Below are positions 1 through 15,363 of a stretch of 64,000 bases of DNA, piece after piece (within the stretch, counting starts at the first letter, position 1; each line of letters opens with the position of its first letter). A model generated the notes under the pieces. That model saw nothing but the letters and a program-made list of their open reading frames with translations. It made no database searches and had not been told where the DNA came from. This stretch comes from Vicugna vicugna. Its lineage: Eukaryota. Where the stretch lies: NCBI GenBank assembly GCA_013265495.1, contig MU057576.1, positions 1 to 64,000 on the forward strand. The letters run 5' to 3'. A program made the translations under genes and the position numbers.

Positions 1-1699
1 GATTTGAGTTTGACTGTCAGAGGAAAGAGAGATGACCACAGATCTGAGACTGAGAAAAAATGGTGAGATTGAAGGAGAAGAAGAGGACAAAACCATCGAT
101 GGGTTACATTCCTGGAAGGCTCTCCTGAACCCTCGTGCCTGGGGGGAGGCACCAGCCCCATGCTCCCATGATGACATGTGGTCCCCCATCACAGCACGTC
201 CACGCCAGATTGTGATGCATTATCCACTGACTGAATTCTCAGCAGACTTGAGCTACTGAGAGTTTAACATGACTAAGGAGAGCAAGGACTGGGTCTGTGT
301 TGCTCATTGCTGCGCCCTCAGCATCCCAGAACCAATCCACAGTAAATACTCAGAAGGAATTTGACAGATGGATGCAGGAATGAATGAGTGCACGTGCTGA
401 CCGGTTGACTATAAGGTTCCATCTCAGTATCACCTCTTAAGCAGTCCTTACCCAGGATGTTTGTGTATTTGTGTCATTCCCACTTCAATGATTAGATATT
501 TGTGGATTTTTGTAGTCTTGTGTCAGCCATTTACCAAAACCCCTTCTCCCTTTTACCCCCTTCTGGAAGAGTTCCACCTTGTAGGAACTAAAATTCACAG
601 CAGAACCATCTGACCTCTTTACGGACATGTACTAGCCACTGTAGGTTGGTTGCAGTAGAAAAAGTAGTCGCTGGTGTCAAAAGACCTGAATCCTGTAAAT
701 ACTAGTAAATACGAGTGTCTTAAGTATTTCTTCCCTGAGCCTCATTTATCGGCAGTAAAACTAAAATAGTAATAGGTGTGTGGTGAGAATGACATGAAAT
801 TACTTCTGTAAAGCATCTGAAACCTTGTAGGTACTTGGTGAATGCTAGTATGCTCCTCCCCTGTTCCCGCTGAGTAAAAAAAAAATCAATTTAAAAAAAA
901 AGAGTTATCTTGTCCAGACTTAGATTTCTGTCTTTACCAGAGCTGGGAGGCCCTTAGAGGTTAGAACCCAGTCCCATCACTTTAGAGATGAGAAAGACAT
1001 GCAGAGACAAGCAGCTGCTGGCTCAGTGTTGCACCAGTGATGGCCAAGGCCAGCAAAACCAGCCCCTTTTCTCACCAGCACTGTCTGGTTAGTCCCTTTA
1101 TGCTACGCTTGGAATTGCCACGGAGGGAAGCTGCATTTACAGATGGCCCCTTCCAGGTTTCCAGGGCATTTGTCCTGTATTAATGCTAGCCACCCAGTGG
1201 AATTGGCTTGAACTTCCTTCCTCACTCAAATTGACTTCAAGAGGTAAACCAGATGAGCACCTTCCAGAAGCTGGATTCACCAGGCAGTTTTCTCTCTTAG
1301 CCCTTCAGCTGACAAAGATGTTTATAAACTTCTGTATTTATAAAGCTGCCTGAGATGGAGGGGTGAGGGGTGGTGGGGTGGTGGGGTGTTGGAAGGTGGC
1401 GTTGTCAGGGGAAACAGCAGGTAATAGACTCTCCTGGGACATGCTGAGGAGAGAGCACCAGCTGCCACTGGGCTCAGAATCATCCATAATATGACAAGGT
1501 CTTTTCCCAAACATGGCCTAGCATAGGATTGTGGGTATTTCATGGAATTTCTACACATATGGTCCAGTCGCTTTTTTTTTTCCAGAAATGAGAGACTGAG
1601 ATCTAACAAGAGGAAGAGACTTGCTCAAAGCCACATAAAAAATTAAGAGGGACAGAATATCAGAGGCAGACTGGCACATAAACCTGTAGCTGCCACTCA

Positions 1700-2865
1700 C
1701 ATGTGTTAAAATCTCCCACCCATTGTGGTTGTGAATGTATCCATTTCTCCTAGTACTTATGCTAGGTTTTGCTTTATACCTAGTAAAGCTGTGTTATGCA
1801 GTTCAAATAAGTTATAACTTTGTGTGATTTTATAGAGGCTCTTGATTCCTAATACTGGACACTAGGATATTAGATGTTCCTAATTTTTGCCTTAATGTCT
1901 ATTTGTCTGATGTTAACATAGTTACCTCTTGTTTGTAATATCTTCTTCTGTCCCTTTACTTTCAATTTTTCTGTGTCATTATGTTTTGTGTCTTTTTCAT
2001 AAAGAGCATTTAGCTGGATATTTCATCATTGTTGTTGTTTAAAATATAATCTTATCATCCCTGCCTTCTAGTGAGTGAATTAATCTCTTTACGTTTATTG
2101 TGATTATAAACATGTTTTGATTTATTTCCACCTTCTTATTTTCCTAAAACATATGTTATATTTTTTATTTCTACAAATGAATGTATTAACATATATGTAA
2201 ATAACTAGACATATTAATAATTTATAATACATGACTCTAACACCCATCTTGTGAACTAGAATATTATTAAGCTATAGATACCATCTTTGCTTCTCTCTCA
2301 TAGGTAGTCTGTATGAATTCCTAAACAGTAGATTATTTAGTTTTGCTTGATTTTCACCTTTATAGAAATGGCTGCATTTTGTTTTCATAATTAGTTTAAC
2401 ATTTTTGCTCAACATTTTATTTCCAAGATTTATCTATGTTCCTATATGTAGCTGTGTTTTATTAGTTTAACTGCTGCGTATTATCTCATGTGTAAGTACT
2501 TCATGATTCATTCATCCATTCTCTTACTTGTCATCGCTTAGGTGATTTCCAGTTTTTTCCTGCTTTTGCTATGAAATTCTTGTGTATGATTCCTGAGGCC
2601 CAAGTGGTAGAGGGCATATATCGAGGGAATACATATTAAAGTGAGATTAACTTGGGTTTGCACATGTTCAACCTTATAAAAGAATATCTATGTGATAACT
2701 GTTTTCTAAAGGAGGGGTAACAACTTACATACCCACCAGCAGTACATAAGTGTTCCTGTTGTCCCACGTCCCGCCAACACTTGGTGTTGTCAGACTTCTT
2801 TAGTTCTTGCCTAGATAGTAAATGAAAAATACTATCTTGCTGTGGTCTTAATTTGCACTTCCCTG
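1700..2865 (-). mobile_element. Ancient L1 (L1ME-like) fragments
   Basis: T-rich; ORF 2636-2926(-) contains the L1 ORF2 remnant KKSDNTKCWRDVGQQEHLCTAGG. Confidence 0.65.
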
Positions 2866-2876
2866 AGGGAGAAGAC

Positions 2877-3031
2877 AGTTGTTTCAAGAGAAGGGAGTGA
2901 TCAGCGGTGCAGAATGCTGCTTCCAACTATAATGGTCTAATGGGCCACCCCTCTAAAAAATGCCTGCGTTTTAATATGGGACAATGCTTTGACTCAAAGG
3001 AATGAATCTTAAATAGTATATAATCAGCCGT
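2877..3031. mobile_element. MER105-like DNA transposon
   Basis: aatgctgcttccaactataatggtctaat...gaatgaatcttaaatagtatataatcagccg, recalled consensus. Confidence 0.6.
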
Positions 3032-3093
3032 ATCTTAGGCCAGTGAAACAAGGGGCAGCTGGGAAAAGGAGCAGGCTCACAGCAACCCCACAT

Positions 3094-3198
3094 CTGGGTG
3101 AACAACCACACTGCTTTGCCAGGAACTCAGGGGTTTTCCCTGAATGCAGGACTTTTTGTTTTAAATCCCAGGCATACCAAGTCAAGTTGGTCACCTAC
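3094..3198. mobile_element. MER81-like hAT (Blackjack) MITE
   Basis: Terminal inverted repeats gggtgaacaac ... gttggtcacct. Confidence 0.6.
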
Positions 3199-6100
3199 TC
3201 ATACTGCACAGGGAGATTCTTCCTGGCTCTATCAGTGCTAAAACATTTTATTCTCATGCAAGAAGGCTAACCCTCATGCACACACACCCCAAACTGGCCT
3301 GGCCTCTGTATGGCAGAGGGCAGCCTAACCTAGGCTACAGTCTGAAGCCGCCTTCTTGCCTGAAAATATTGCTTGTTATGAGTGAATAAAGTGAATGAAA
3401 TCATTTTATTTCTCATTCTAAAAGAGAAATCTGGAAAAAAATTAATAAATTAAAAAGAGAAACCTGAATCACATGGCATTTTTTTTTGTCAGTGCATTAC
3501 TCAGCAGCTGTTTTTTTTTTAAAAAAAAAATATCCCTATTTCCCCAGGCTGGGGAATTGTGATGATTCAAAAAGACATCTCAAAACTGACACAGGCTGCA
3601 GGGCCAGTCCACCCAGGAGAATCAGTCACATTATGCAGAGCGTGTCACTGGGACATGAAGTTTGAGCTCTGCCTCCCCCACAAGGCTGAGTACACCCACG
3701 CGCACCCTGATGGATGCCTGTGTCTAAAAGCAAGCTCAACAGGGCTCTTGCTAGAGGCTGGAGCTTCAGGGAACCCAAAAGACAAAAACCCCCATTGTCC
3801 ATTTTTCTCCTTTGCAACAAGTTGTAACAGCGCCAGCCAGCACTTGTGTTGCTCACTTCTCACCTCGCAGACAAGCTTGGTTCTCCTGACGAGCTGGGCT
3901 GGCGTTCAACAGAAACACGCAAGCACAGCCACACCAGGTGTGAAAATATTTCGACGTTTCTTTCCTGTTGATAGATGATAGGACAACACAATTAAGTGTT
4001 TTGTTTTTTTTTAAAAGACACTAATTAATAGTATAAATTCTAATATATGTGGTTTATCTCAGACACTATGCGTGCTATATAATTCCAAGGCATGTTTTTG
4101 GTTTGGACAAAACCCAGAATTGGAGGGATGGTGCAGGTGTCCCTTATTTCAAAGCCCTTGGGTAGGAAAGGGCCTCGAAGATGAGCTGAGGAGAATGTGT
4201 TCTGTTCGCACTGCACCCTGCACAGCAGAAATGGTCCTGCAGGTGGGTCTGGGGAGCCTTCTTTATTTGGCCATATGTCTCTTGGTGAGAGGCCGCCATT
4301 CCTATGTGAGGCTGTGGGAAAGGAATCTGCCCAGAATTCCATTAAAAGGAAGTGGCAGAGAAGTCCCTTCTCCATCCCCCTATCGCCCTCAGTGACTGGT
4401 CTCCAGACAGCGGAGCCTCATGTCAGCCTGCCATCTGCACAGGTTGACTGCTCCCTCCTCCCAGACCAGCCCCAGTGGGCGCCCACCCGACTCCACGGAG
4501 GGAAAACTCCAAGGTGCACCCTCACCCGTGAGCAACAACCATGCCCTTTATTCTCTCTTGTTTCTTTATGTTTTCTGCCTTGGTTCAATTTAGTAACCGG
4601 GCTCAAACCAATTACTGCCTTATCAGCCAACACCAACATCACTTCTGGCCCCCTTGTCACACCCCCTCCGTCAGAAGGGAAGATGCAGGCTCCAAGCCCT
4701 GGTGACCAGTATCAGCCAGTCATCAACCTGCTCCTCAGTTTCCTCCTCTTGGAAATAAAGTCACCTTCTGAGACTTTCACTGGGGGCTTCCCACACAGAG
4801 AATGTCAAAGCTGCCTTTGTATCAGGAGATTGTCTGTGAAAGTGACACTGCCCAGTTTGGGAACACCTAAAACTCCAATCAGGGTGATCTCAGAGGTGAG
4901 GCTGGACTGTGATTGTAAGTGGAAAAGAAATCAATGTGATTATAGATCATCTGGAGGGTGGCTACAGGCAAAGTAAAAAAAAAAAAAAATTACCCAGATG
5001 CTCAGGTGTTTCCAAACACCCAGTCTGTGTACTTGTGCTTAGTGAGTTTTTTTTCAATTAAAGGTCTGCTTTTTATGCTGAAATTAAGTCCTCCCTTCTT
5101 TTCTGTTATTAAAATGTAGTTTCCCAAATGCAGTGATGGTGACAATTGTCAGTAGTTTAATTTAGCTCCGGTTCATTTTTAATGTCCTTTCTTGGCACAG
5201 TAAGAGACTACAGCAGTCCCCAAATTTTGTTTAATTTTTTCTATGAAATGCAGAAATCTGGGAACCATAGATCTTGAGGATTTGAACAAAAGAGTCCTGA
5301 AGCTGGCCTCACCCTGCTAAGCCATCTTCAGGACACTAACTGTGTGCCAGGCACTGTGTGAGGACAAGTGTCCCCTCAGAAGGAGAGGTGTCCATCCCCC
5401 TGGCAAGCAGATCCTCACTGTGGATGGGGGTGCCCCTGCTGTTTAGTCTCTCAGAGTCCGGGAGCCCCCGTAGTCAGCCAGCCAGCCCCCCTGGTGCTGA
5501 ATCTGGTTACATGATCTGCAGTCTCTTGATCTGGCCGGCACCAACATCCAGTTTACTCAGCGGTCATATTTCTCCATTAAAATGGTTCACAAATCAGATT
5601 CCTGACAGTGTGGTCAGCGCGGCTGTGCCTGTGAGGCTGTGCGTGCTGACAGATGGGGGTTCTGGGGCTCAAAGACTGAGGCCAGCCCCTGAGCTGGAGA
5701 AAACTCCCTAAGGAAAATGCCCTGAGAGGGTCTCTCATTGCCTGGCCCAGCCAGCCACCCCCTGAGGCACCTGTGAACACCACAGACACCCGCTTTCTTT
5801 CAAACCACAGCAAAGTTCACTAGTGAATCTGTCTCTAGGAAGGGACTTGGGTGCGTGCCCTAAATGCCATTAAGGATTGCAATGGTTTAAAGCTGGCGAA
5901 TTTGGATTCCCTCTCAGAGCACTGTTGGTTTTTTTTCTTTTTTAAACATGTAGGAGGATCCACCTGCCTCAGAATCACTGAGGCACTGGTTAAAATTCAT
6001 GTTTCCAGACCTAACCTCAGAATCTCTACAGAGTAGGATTCAGGCATCAGTATTTTAAAAATAGGCCCCTGGTAATTTTTTTTCTTTAACATTCTGTTTG

Positions 6101-6289
6101 CGAATAGCTTCCGTGAAGAAGGAAGACAACAAATGGGTTTCAATATGATGGGAAAACCTTTGGTCTTTCTGCTTCTAGACCCAGGAAACTGTATTCTTAT
6201 CTTCAAAAATACTTGTTGCTATCATCGAGTTGGCACCAAAACAGGTTTTCACTAGAGGACTGTACTGAGAGAGCCCAGCGTACACTAGG

Positions 6290-6776
6290 GTTGCCTTACT
6301 TTGGGCAGCTATAACAAAGTGCCATAGGCTGGCTGGCTAACACAACGGACATTTATTTCTCACAGTTCTGAAGGCTGGTAAGTCCAAGATGCTGGTCCAT
6401 CCTATTCCTGGTGAGAACCCTCTTCCTGGTTTGCAGAAGGACGTCTTCTTGCTGTATCCTCAGTGGTGGAGACAGAGATATCATTTCTCTAGTCTTTATT
6501 GTGTGTGGAGGGGTAGTTAGGTTTATTTATTTATTTTTAGAGGAGGTACTGGGGATTGAACCCTTGACCTTGTGTATGCTAAGCATGCGCTCTGCCACTT
6601 GAGCTACACCCTTCCCCCATTTCTCTGCTCTTATAAGAGCATTACTGTCATCATGAAGGCTCCGTTCTCATGACCTAATTACCTCCCAAAGGCCCCCACC
6701 TCCTGATACCATCCCATTTAGGGGGTTAGAATTTCAGCAGGTCAATTTGGGGAACGCAAACATTCAGTCCCTAACA
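6290..6776. mobile_element. MLT1A-like MaLR LTR
   Basis: ctataacaaagtgccataggctgg...atttatttctcacagttctgaaggctgg...aaacattcagtccctaaca, recalled as typical MLT1A text. Confidence 0.8.
6497..6618 (-). mobile_element. tRNA-derived SINE (Vic-1-like, camelid) inserted in an MLT1A LTR
   Basis: Reverse complement reads ggggaagggtgtagctcaagtggcagagcgcatgcttagc...ggttcaatccccagtacctcc with A and B boxes; flanking ATTTCTCT repeat (6483 and 6619). Confidence 0.9.
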
Positions 6777-8359
6777 GAGGTCTTTCTTGGAGAGTCACGG
6801 TGAAGAACAAAGGAGTCTTGAGGTCAGTCCTTTGCTGGTCCCCTTCCCACTCCTGATTTTCTTGTACTGGAGAGAAGGGAAATACAGGAGTGGCCTGTGC
6901 CGTCTATCAGCCCATGTTCCCCCCATGTGGACGCTGGTATCCTCAGGACTCTGCTTGCCACGGATTCAGCAGAGAACCAGCACCACTCATGTGACTGGGT
7001 GGACCAAGAGGGGTTACACGAATACCACGTAAGGATCACAATGAGGAAGGATATGTGATTTGATAGAAATGAGGGCACTAAAAAATCTACTTAACCCTTC
7101 AATTCTACATTTATCCTCTTCTCTGTGGTACCCTGGGGCCACTTGGGACATCAAATGGGACACCATTTCTATAGTATGAAGGCACAATGATAGAGTGGTA
7201 TAAGAAATAAAGATCAGGATTAAAATCCTAACTCAAACCACATCACTCAGTGAACATCTTTGAACCTCAAATTAAATTGCAAAGTTGAGGTGATGGAACC
7301 CAATTTTACCAGAGTTGGTTAAACAGGATAACACGTGGTAATCTTCTGGACTACAGTTGGTGTTAAATCAAGGGTATCTCAATGCGTGTGTTTACCCAGG
7401 GCTTGTTCCCAGGGTTTTCTATGGTTTCCATCACCCATCCCCAACCTCAGCTGTCTCACCTTATATCTTCTCTTTGTATTTTCTCCCCTCTTACACCCAG
7501 ATCTCTCAGGAATGCTAGCAAAAGCCAGAAAGCCAGGCTAATCATGGCCACATTAATTCACGCTACTAGGCAATCTTTCAGCATTTTTTTACTGATGTTA
7601 TCAGCTACCTTCCTGTGGCCTCAGATCTCTAATCCTGCCCTGCATCCTTGACTCAATTTTGTCCCCATCCTGACACTGAAATTGCTTATGATTAACCTCA
7701 TCATTGTCAAATCCAGAACTGTTGCCAGTTGTTTTCCAATGTCGTAAGAGTATAAGAGAAAGCAAAGTAAGGGAGGGCAGAAAAGTCCATTTCCTGAGCA
7801 GCTACTATGTTCTAAGCACTAATCTGGGCACCAGTTAACTAGTAAGAATGGGGGTTGGAGACAAAAGATACAAGAGCTTTATGTGTCATGTTAAAGAGTT
7901 TATGCTTAATCTGATAGTCAGTTGGAAGCCTAAACAGGGAGGTCATTTAGTATCAATTAGAGCTGAGTTAGTAGAAAACTTAATCTGTGGTTGATAACAT
8001 AAGGAAAAGAAAAATACCCATGGTCCTTGCTTTCGAAGAACTTGCAGCTAACTTGGAATACAACACTAATGTGTGTGAAATGCAGAACCGTACAAGGCAT
8101 CAAGTAATCAAAATCTAAGTAGATGTTAAGAGGTCTGGGAGATCAGAGGAACAGGAGGGATTATGGAGACCAGACAGGTCCAGAGAAGCTCCCAGCAGCC
8201 AGAGCTGGGACTTGAAGAAGGGTAGCAGTTGGGTTGGTGCCAGAAGGGAGAGCATCACCATGGCATTAATAAGACCAGTGAAGGTGTGGTGTTGGTCTGC
8301 ACTACTTTCCTCTGTAGGAGTTGTAACTCAGCCTCTTCTCTTTGCAGTACAATGGAACA

Positions 8360-9090
8360 GAAGTGGGCACATTTTAACAGGCCAAGTAGTAAATATTTTC
8401 AGTTTTGCAGGCCCTATGGTCTCTGTCACAACTATTGTCCCCAGCCACTGAAGCATGGAAAGCAGCTACTGACAATACTTAAATGAATGGGTATGGCTGT
8501 GTTCCAAGAAAATGTTATTTATGGACAATGACATTTGAATTTCATATAATCTTTAAAAAAAAAAAGTCCTATGCTGCATACAACTGACATACTTTTTAAA
8601 TTTTTTTAAAATTTCTTAAATAAACAATTTTTTTTAGAGCAGTTTCAGGTTCACAGCAGAACTGAGCAGAAAATACAGGGAGTTCACACATAGCCCTCCC
8701 CACCCACACATACATACTCCCCTACCCTCACCGTCCCTCATCAGTGGGGCGTCTCTGGTACAATCAATGAACCAACATGGGCACATTGTTATCAACCAAA
8801 GTCCATAGTTTACATTAGGGTTCACTCTTGATGTTGTACATTCTGTGGGATTTGACAAATGCAGAATGAAACGTAGCCACCACTGTAGCATCATACAGAA
8901 TAATTTCATTGTCCTAAAAATCCCTTGTGCTCCATCTTGACTTTCATATAATCTTTACATGCCATGAAATAATGTTCTTCTTTTGATTTCTTCAACCATT
9001 TAAAAATGGAAAAATCAATCCTAAGTCACGAACCATTTGAAAACAGGCGGTGAGCGATTTTACCTGGGAGTAGTAGTTTGCTGGTGCCTG
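8360..9090. mobile_element. MER58-like hAT DNA transposon split by an L1 fragment
   Basis: gtaaatattttcagttttgcaggcc...tatggctgtgttcca...tagtttgctggtgcctg; interrupted at 8556-8936. Confidence 0.75.
8600..8936 (-). mobile_element. Old L1 (L1MC-like) 3' end
   Basis: ttttagagcagtttcaggttcacagcagaactgagcagaaaatacag; flanked by TTTCATATAATCTTTA at 8540-8555 and 8942-8957. Confidence 0.8.
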
Positions 9091-9279
9091 TAGTGGAGGG
9101 AAAAATTGTGATCCCTATGGAATCAAGAGACCTGGGACCTCACCTGGACCTCCACTCCACTCAGCAAGTGCACAGCCATGCCTAAGTATTTAGCTTTCTG
9201 TGTCTCAGCTTTCTCACCTGCAAACTGGAGATAAAGTGGAAGCAGCCTCTGTCTTCTCTGGTGGTTGTGAGGATTAAGT

Positions 9280-10255
9280 CGTGGTTTCTAATACCATTCT
9301 CCAACAGCAGGAACCAGAGCTGCCTGGGGAAATGGCTGATTTGAGGACCGGGGCCAATGAGTATACAAAGATGAGCTTGGAGCATCTTGTATTTCCGGAA
9401 AGGAAGAAAGTGCTCAGAACACACATACAAACACACACACACATACACAATGTTGGAGGTATGTCAAGAGAGACAGGAGGCAATTGTAAGAGCTCCCAAT
9501 AGCCAAAGCTGGAGCAATTAAGGCAAAAAAAAATAGTATTGGACTATAACCCAAAATATATACTAAATATATGTGAATCCATATTGACACAGAGGACTGA
9601 ATAAAAAAGTAAGTGAAAGAGATTAGACAAATACACTAATGTGTCTCATATCATTCCATGCAGAAGAATCCTAAATAATTTATGCAGATACTCCATTTTC
9701 AAGGAAGGGAGCATAACCCTCTACTTGTTAAGCATGGTCTGGGCATAGTGACTTTCTTCCAAAAAATACAGTATATAAAGGGCTGGGATGGGGGAAGAGT
9801 AGCTTCATAGTAGATAAACCTGACCAACTCCACCCTAGTCAAGTGATCTAAGTCAACACCAACAGTGCTAAGTCATATTGATGGCAGGTACCCTTGATAG
9901 AGTGTGATGAGAATGACACTTTACTTCTGCGGTTTTCCTCCCCAAAACCCATCTCCCCCGACTAATCATAAGAAAAAAACATCAGACAAATCCCAGCTAA
10001 GGGACACTCTACACAATACCTGACCAGGACACACTCAAAGCTCTTGAGGGCATCGTAAACAAGCAAAGTCTTGTACTTTGGTTAATAATAATGTATTAAC
10101 ATTGGTTCATTAATTGGGACAAATGTACCATACTAATAAGATATTAATAGTAGGGGAAATTGTCCATGAAGTATACAGGCACTCTCTGTATTATTTTTGC
10201 AACTTTTCACTTTAAATCTAAAAAGATTGTAAAATAAAATGCTTATTTTTAAAAA
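9280..10255 (+). mobile_element. Old L1 (L1MC/MD-like) 3'UTR
   Basis: gtttctaataccattctcc...aaatgtaccatactaat...actctctgtattatttttgcaactttt...aaaataaaa. Confidence 0.7.
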
Positions 10256-10259
10256 CTCT

Positions 10260-10340
10260 CTATAACAAATATATAATAATTTTATATATGTGTATATATA
10301 TAAATATTTTTATATATTTATTTTAAATATATATATATGT
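10260..10340. repeat. (TA)n-rich low-complexity tract
   Basis: Interrupted tatatata runs. Confidence 0.8.
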
Positions 10341-10369
10341 AAAACATGTGGCCTTCCTTCTATATAGTT

Positions 10370-10765
10370 TTCTTTATTGATGTATAGTTGGTTTACAGTG
10401 CTGTGTTAGTTTCTGGTGTACAGCATGGTGATTCAGTTTTTATATATATATAATATATTCTTTTTCATAGATACTGAATGTAGTCCCCTGTGCTATACAT
10501 TAGGACCTGGCTGTTCATGTATTTTATATATAGTAGTTAATATCTGCTAATCTCAAACTCCAAATTTATCCCTCCCCAACTTTCCCCTTTGGTAACCGTA
10601 AGTTTGTTTTCTATGTCTGAGTCCCCTTTCTGTTTTGTGAATAAGTTGTTTGTATCATTTTGGGGGGATTCCACATATAAATGATATCATATGATACTTG
10701 TCTTTCTCGGTCTGACTTATTTCACTTAGTGTGATCGTCTCTAGGTCTATCCGTGTTGCTGCAAA
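10370..10765 (-). mobile_element. L1 3' end fragment
   Basis: Reverse complement matches the L1 3'UTR seen at 52770-53210 (gctgtacaccagaaactaacac, ggttaccaaagggg). Confidence 0.88.
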
Positions 10766-11489
10766 AGGCTAGTTCTGTCATTCTTCACCCAAGGCAATGC
10801 TAATCTCCACAACACGGAAGTCTTGGATCAGTTTCTTAAGCTCTGTTGTGAACTTCATCGCCCAACTCCAAGGGGTGCTATTTACACAATCGTCTCTGTG
10901 AATGAAGTCCCAGAGTTGTGCCGAGTGCCGTGGTACTTAAGTACTTTGCAGTCTTGGTGCCTGAGTTTATCACCCGTAACCCAGAGATGACTGTTGGTGG
11001 ACATGAAGGAAGCAATATATGTCAAGCGGTGAGGACAGTGCCCAGCATATACCAAACGCTGCATCAGTGTTAGCTAGTGTTGTGGTGGTGGCGGCTGTTG
11101 TCACTACTATTTATTTGTTTTTTTGAGACCAGTGAGTAGTATGTGTCTCTCTAGCCTCAGTAACTACTATAACAGTGGCTGTTTAGTCACTAAACAAAAG
11201 GCACTCCTTACACCGTATTCAACCTGGGTCCACTTTTAACCAGGATTATCACCATGTTGGAATACCATTTTAACCACGATGCCCTCTCCCCTAAGCCCCA
11301 GTTCCTTTCTAAACACAATGAATGTGGGGGCCTGAGAGCCCTTGTCAAGGGAAGGAGACAGCAGGACTGAGTCAGAGGCTTGCCTGGGGGTATCCGTCAC
11401 CCTCTACACCCACTCCCATCTACGGGTCCTGCCCATTCTGTCTTACAGTCATATCCCAACTTGACCATCTCTCCCCAATCAAACTGTGC

Positions 11490-11812
11490 CTGTGATGGTT
11501 CACTAGCAAACCACCAGTTTAGATGTTGCTACAAGGTATTTTGTAGAACTAAAGCAGATTATCCCCACCCTACCCCATAATATGAATGAGCTTTATTCTA
11601 TCACTTGAAGTTTTCCTGGAGAGGAAGGAACCCTGCCTCAAGAGTGTAACATCAGCTTTTACTTGCGTTTCCAGTCTGCCCGCTTGCTCTAAAGATTTCA
11701 GACTCACCATTCCCATGACCATGTGAGTCAATTCCTTATAATAGATCCCTCTCTTTAGACATACACACGTAATCACATGTATCCCATTGGTGCTGTTTCT
11801 CTGGCGAACACT
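11490..11812. mobile_element. MLT2-like ERVL LTR
   Basis: tgtgatggtt start; catgtgagtcaattccttataata and cccattggtgctgtttctctggcgaac end. Confidence 0.7.
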
Positions 11813-12113
11813 GTGGGCCCTGATTGGATGTCTAATACCACCCTCATCTCAAAATTAAAGCTGGATCATTTCACCCACAGCCTCCCTACCCCTCCTGCAA
11901 TGCTCACCCTGGACACCCCCAGTCTGCCCTTTATGGAAGAGAAAGAAGCAGCCCCTGATGCCACAGTAGAAGAGTGAAAGTACGAAATATGGGAAAAGCC
12001 CACCCTTTCTCCTTGCAAATTGGTGGCAATCCATGCTTTGGAGTGGCCCAGCCTAACAGCAGTGGCTTCCAGATGTAACTAGACCAGAAGGGAAAAAGTT
12101 CAGTCTTCATTGA

Positions 12114-12418
<305 letters not shown>

Positions 12419-12439
12419 TGATTAGTGCTTCAAATGACT

Positions 12440-12760
12440 ATGCCATCTGCCTCTTGCTCCCTTGTCTTTGGAGATGGCTGGCACTCTGTCTATGGAGTGT
12501 GTATCTACTTTTACTTTAACCTGAGCACTCAACCCCTACACCTTGTGGCCTTTCTCTCACCTTCTGAAACAGCCTACACTCCGTGTAGTATGTATCTCTC
12601 TAAATAAATCTACCTTTACTCAACTGTGACTTGCTCCTGAATTCTTTCCTGCATGAAGCCAAGTACCCACACTTGGTGGGGGCATGTCCCAGGGGCTCAA
12701 CCAAGACCTGGGACATGGCTCACCTCTCACCCCACATTTGTTTTTTTTTTGCTGTGTCAA
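12440..12760 (+). mobile_element. ERV LTR 3' portion (solo LTR fragment)
   Basis: ctctctaAATAAAtctacc...tgaattctttcctgcatgaagccaag, an R/U5-like LTR signature; boundaries approximate. Confidence 0.55.
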
Positions 12761-13461
12761 TTACAAAGGAGGAGGGCATGAGAGTGCTGGCTACCCAATA
12801 AATTTGTGATTGACAAATTAGAAATGCCTGCTACTTATAAATTCATTGGAACTAATATTAAAAATGTAAATATCGCTTGTTGTAAACTTAGACCTATAGA
12901 TTCAGTATTATAATTGAAGACACGCACACAAATAGTAGAAACTGTGACAACTTGTACACCTTATGAAAGTAGATAACATTCTTTGAGATAATATTAGTTG
13001 TTTATATTGTCCTAGGGTTGTTTAAGAACATTGGCAGAACTCAGGAATGACTCCTTCCTTGGGCTAGACTTTAACTGATCTTTTTTTAAATGACATGAAA
13101 GTTTCAAGAAATCAAGAAAAAAAAATGACTACACCATCTGCCTATGGGATATCACTGCCGTTCCAAAGGAAGAAAAACTTGTGCACATGAAGACCATCTT
13201 TACAGGGCATTACAGCAGTAGTAGGAGAAATATCCTGGCATCTGCTCCATGTCTCTTTTTGGGTCAGGTGCTTGATGATCAGAAGCTTATGAGCCTGGGT
13301 ACGCATTCAAATGATACTTCCAAACCAAGCCATTCAGTTGATGCTCACACTTCTGAAGTGAGCCACATTTCTTTCAATCCTATAGTGAGTTCATTCTTGC
13401 CACAAGATCAGCTGACCAGCCTTGTGGGATCTGAGACTCTGACACTTAAGTGCATTCCTTT

Positions 13462-14502
<1,041 letters not shown>

Positions 14503-15363
14503 TGATTTCTTCTAGAATCCCAATGCATCTTGGGTGATTGGTTCCCTATCAGAAGCCAGTATCATGCAACTGTGGGAAATGAGAACATTTAAAATGATGG
14601 AGACCCTGAAGGACGTGTGGACCCGGAAGGATAAGGGTCCTAGACAATGTCTGAACTTCTAGTGATTTTAGACGCCCCTTTTCTTCCTCTCAACCCTGAG
14701 AATAATTTCACACTGGTTTTGAGACACAGACTTTGTTTGGCTCTACTTCTATAATAAGTGCCATCAACAATGCTATTAGCCCAAACAGAAGGTGTTTTCT
14801 AAATAAGCCACTGGGAGACTTGAATCAGCAAAGCCAGACTCAAATTTAAATTTTCTTCAGGAATTTCCTAGTAACAAAGATTTAAGTAGACACAGAAAAG
14901 AGAATGTGTGTGGTTATTTTTCTTTCAATGTTGTGTCCCCTAGTTTTTCTGGCTCATTTAACTAAAGGCTACAGTGTTTAAGAAATAGAGCCAAGTGAAG
15001 TAGCCGTGAAGTCTGAATATTGCAAAAGGTCATTTTTATTCAGGAAATGATTCAAGTCATATAAATTCCTACTCTAAAATTTGCACATCTAACTTCCCCG
15101 GATGCACATTTTCTTAAAAAATTCCCCTCTCAGTTTCTTTAGTTAAGTCAAAAACTATGTGTTCCTCTTTCCCCATGTACTTTTGCCCATTAGTGCATTT
15201 CTTGAACTGTTTTCATATTATTTCTTTCCTGTCTGTGAATTTTTTAAAAATAAAACTTGGGACAACCAAGTCATAAAGGTGTATGTTTTTACCTGACAGT
15301 GACACCACAGACTGACTGTCCAATCAGGCAAAGAAGAGTGAGGCTATAGCCTGTATTTGTTTT

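Noticed and set aside
4197..4976. Longest ORF in the track (259 aa)
   Set aside because: No recognisable domain, composition like random intronic DNA, no clear promoter or splice structure; treated as chance.
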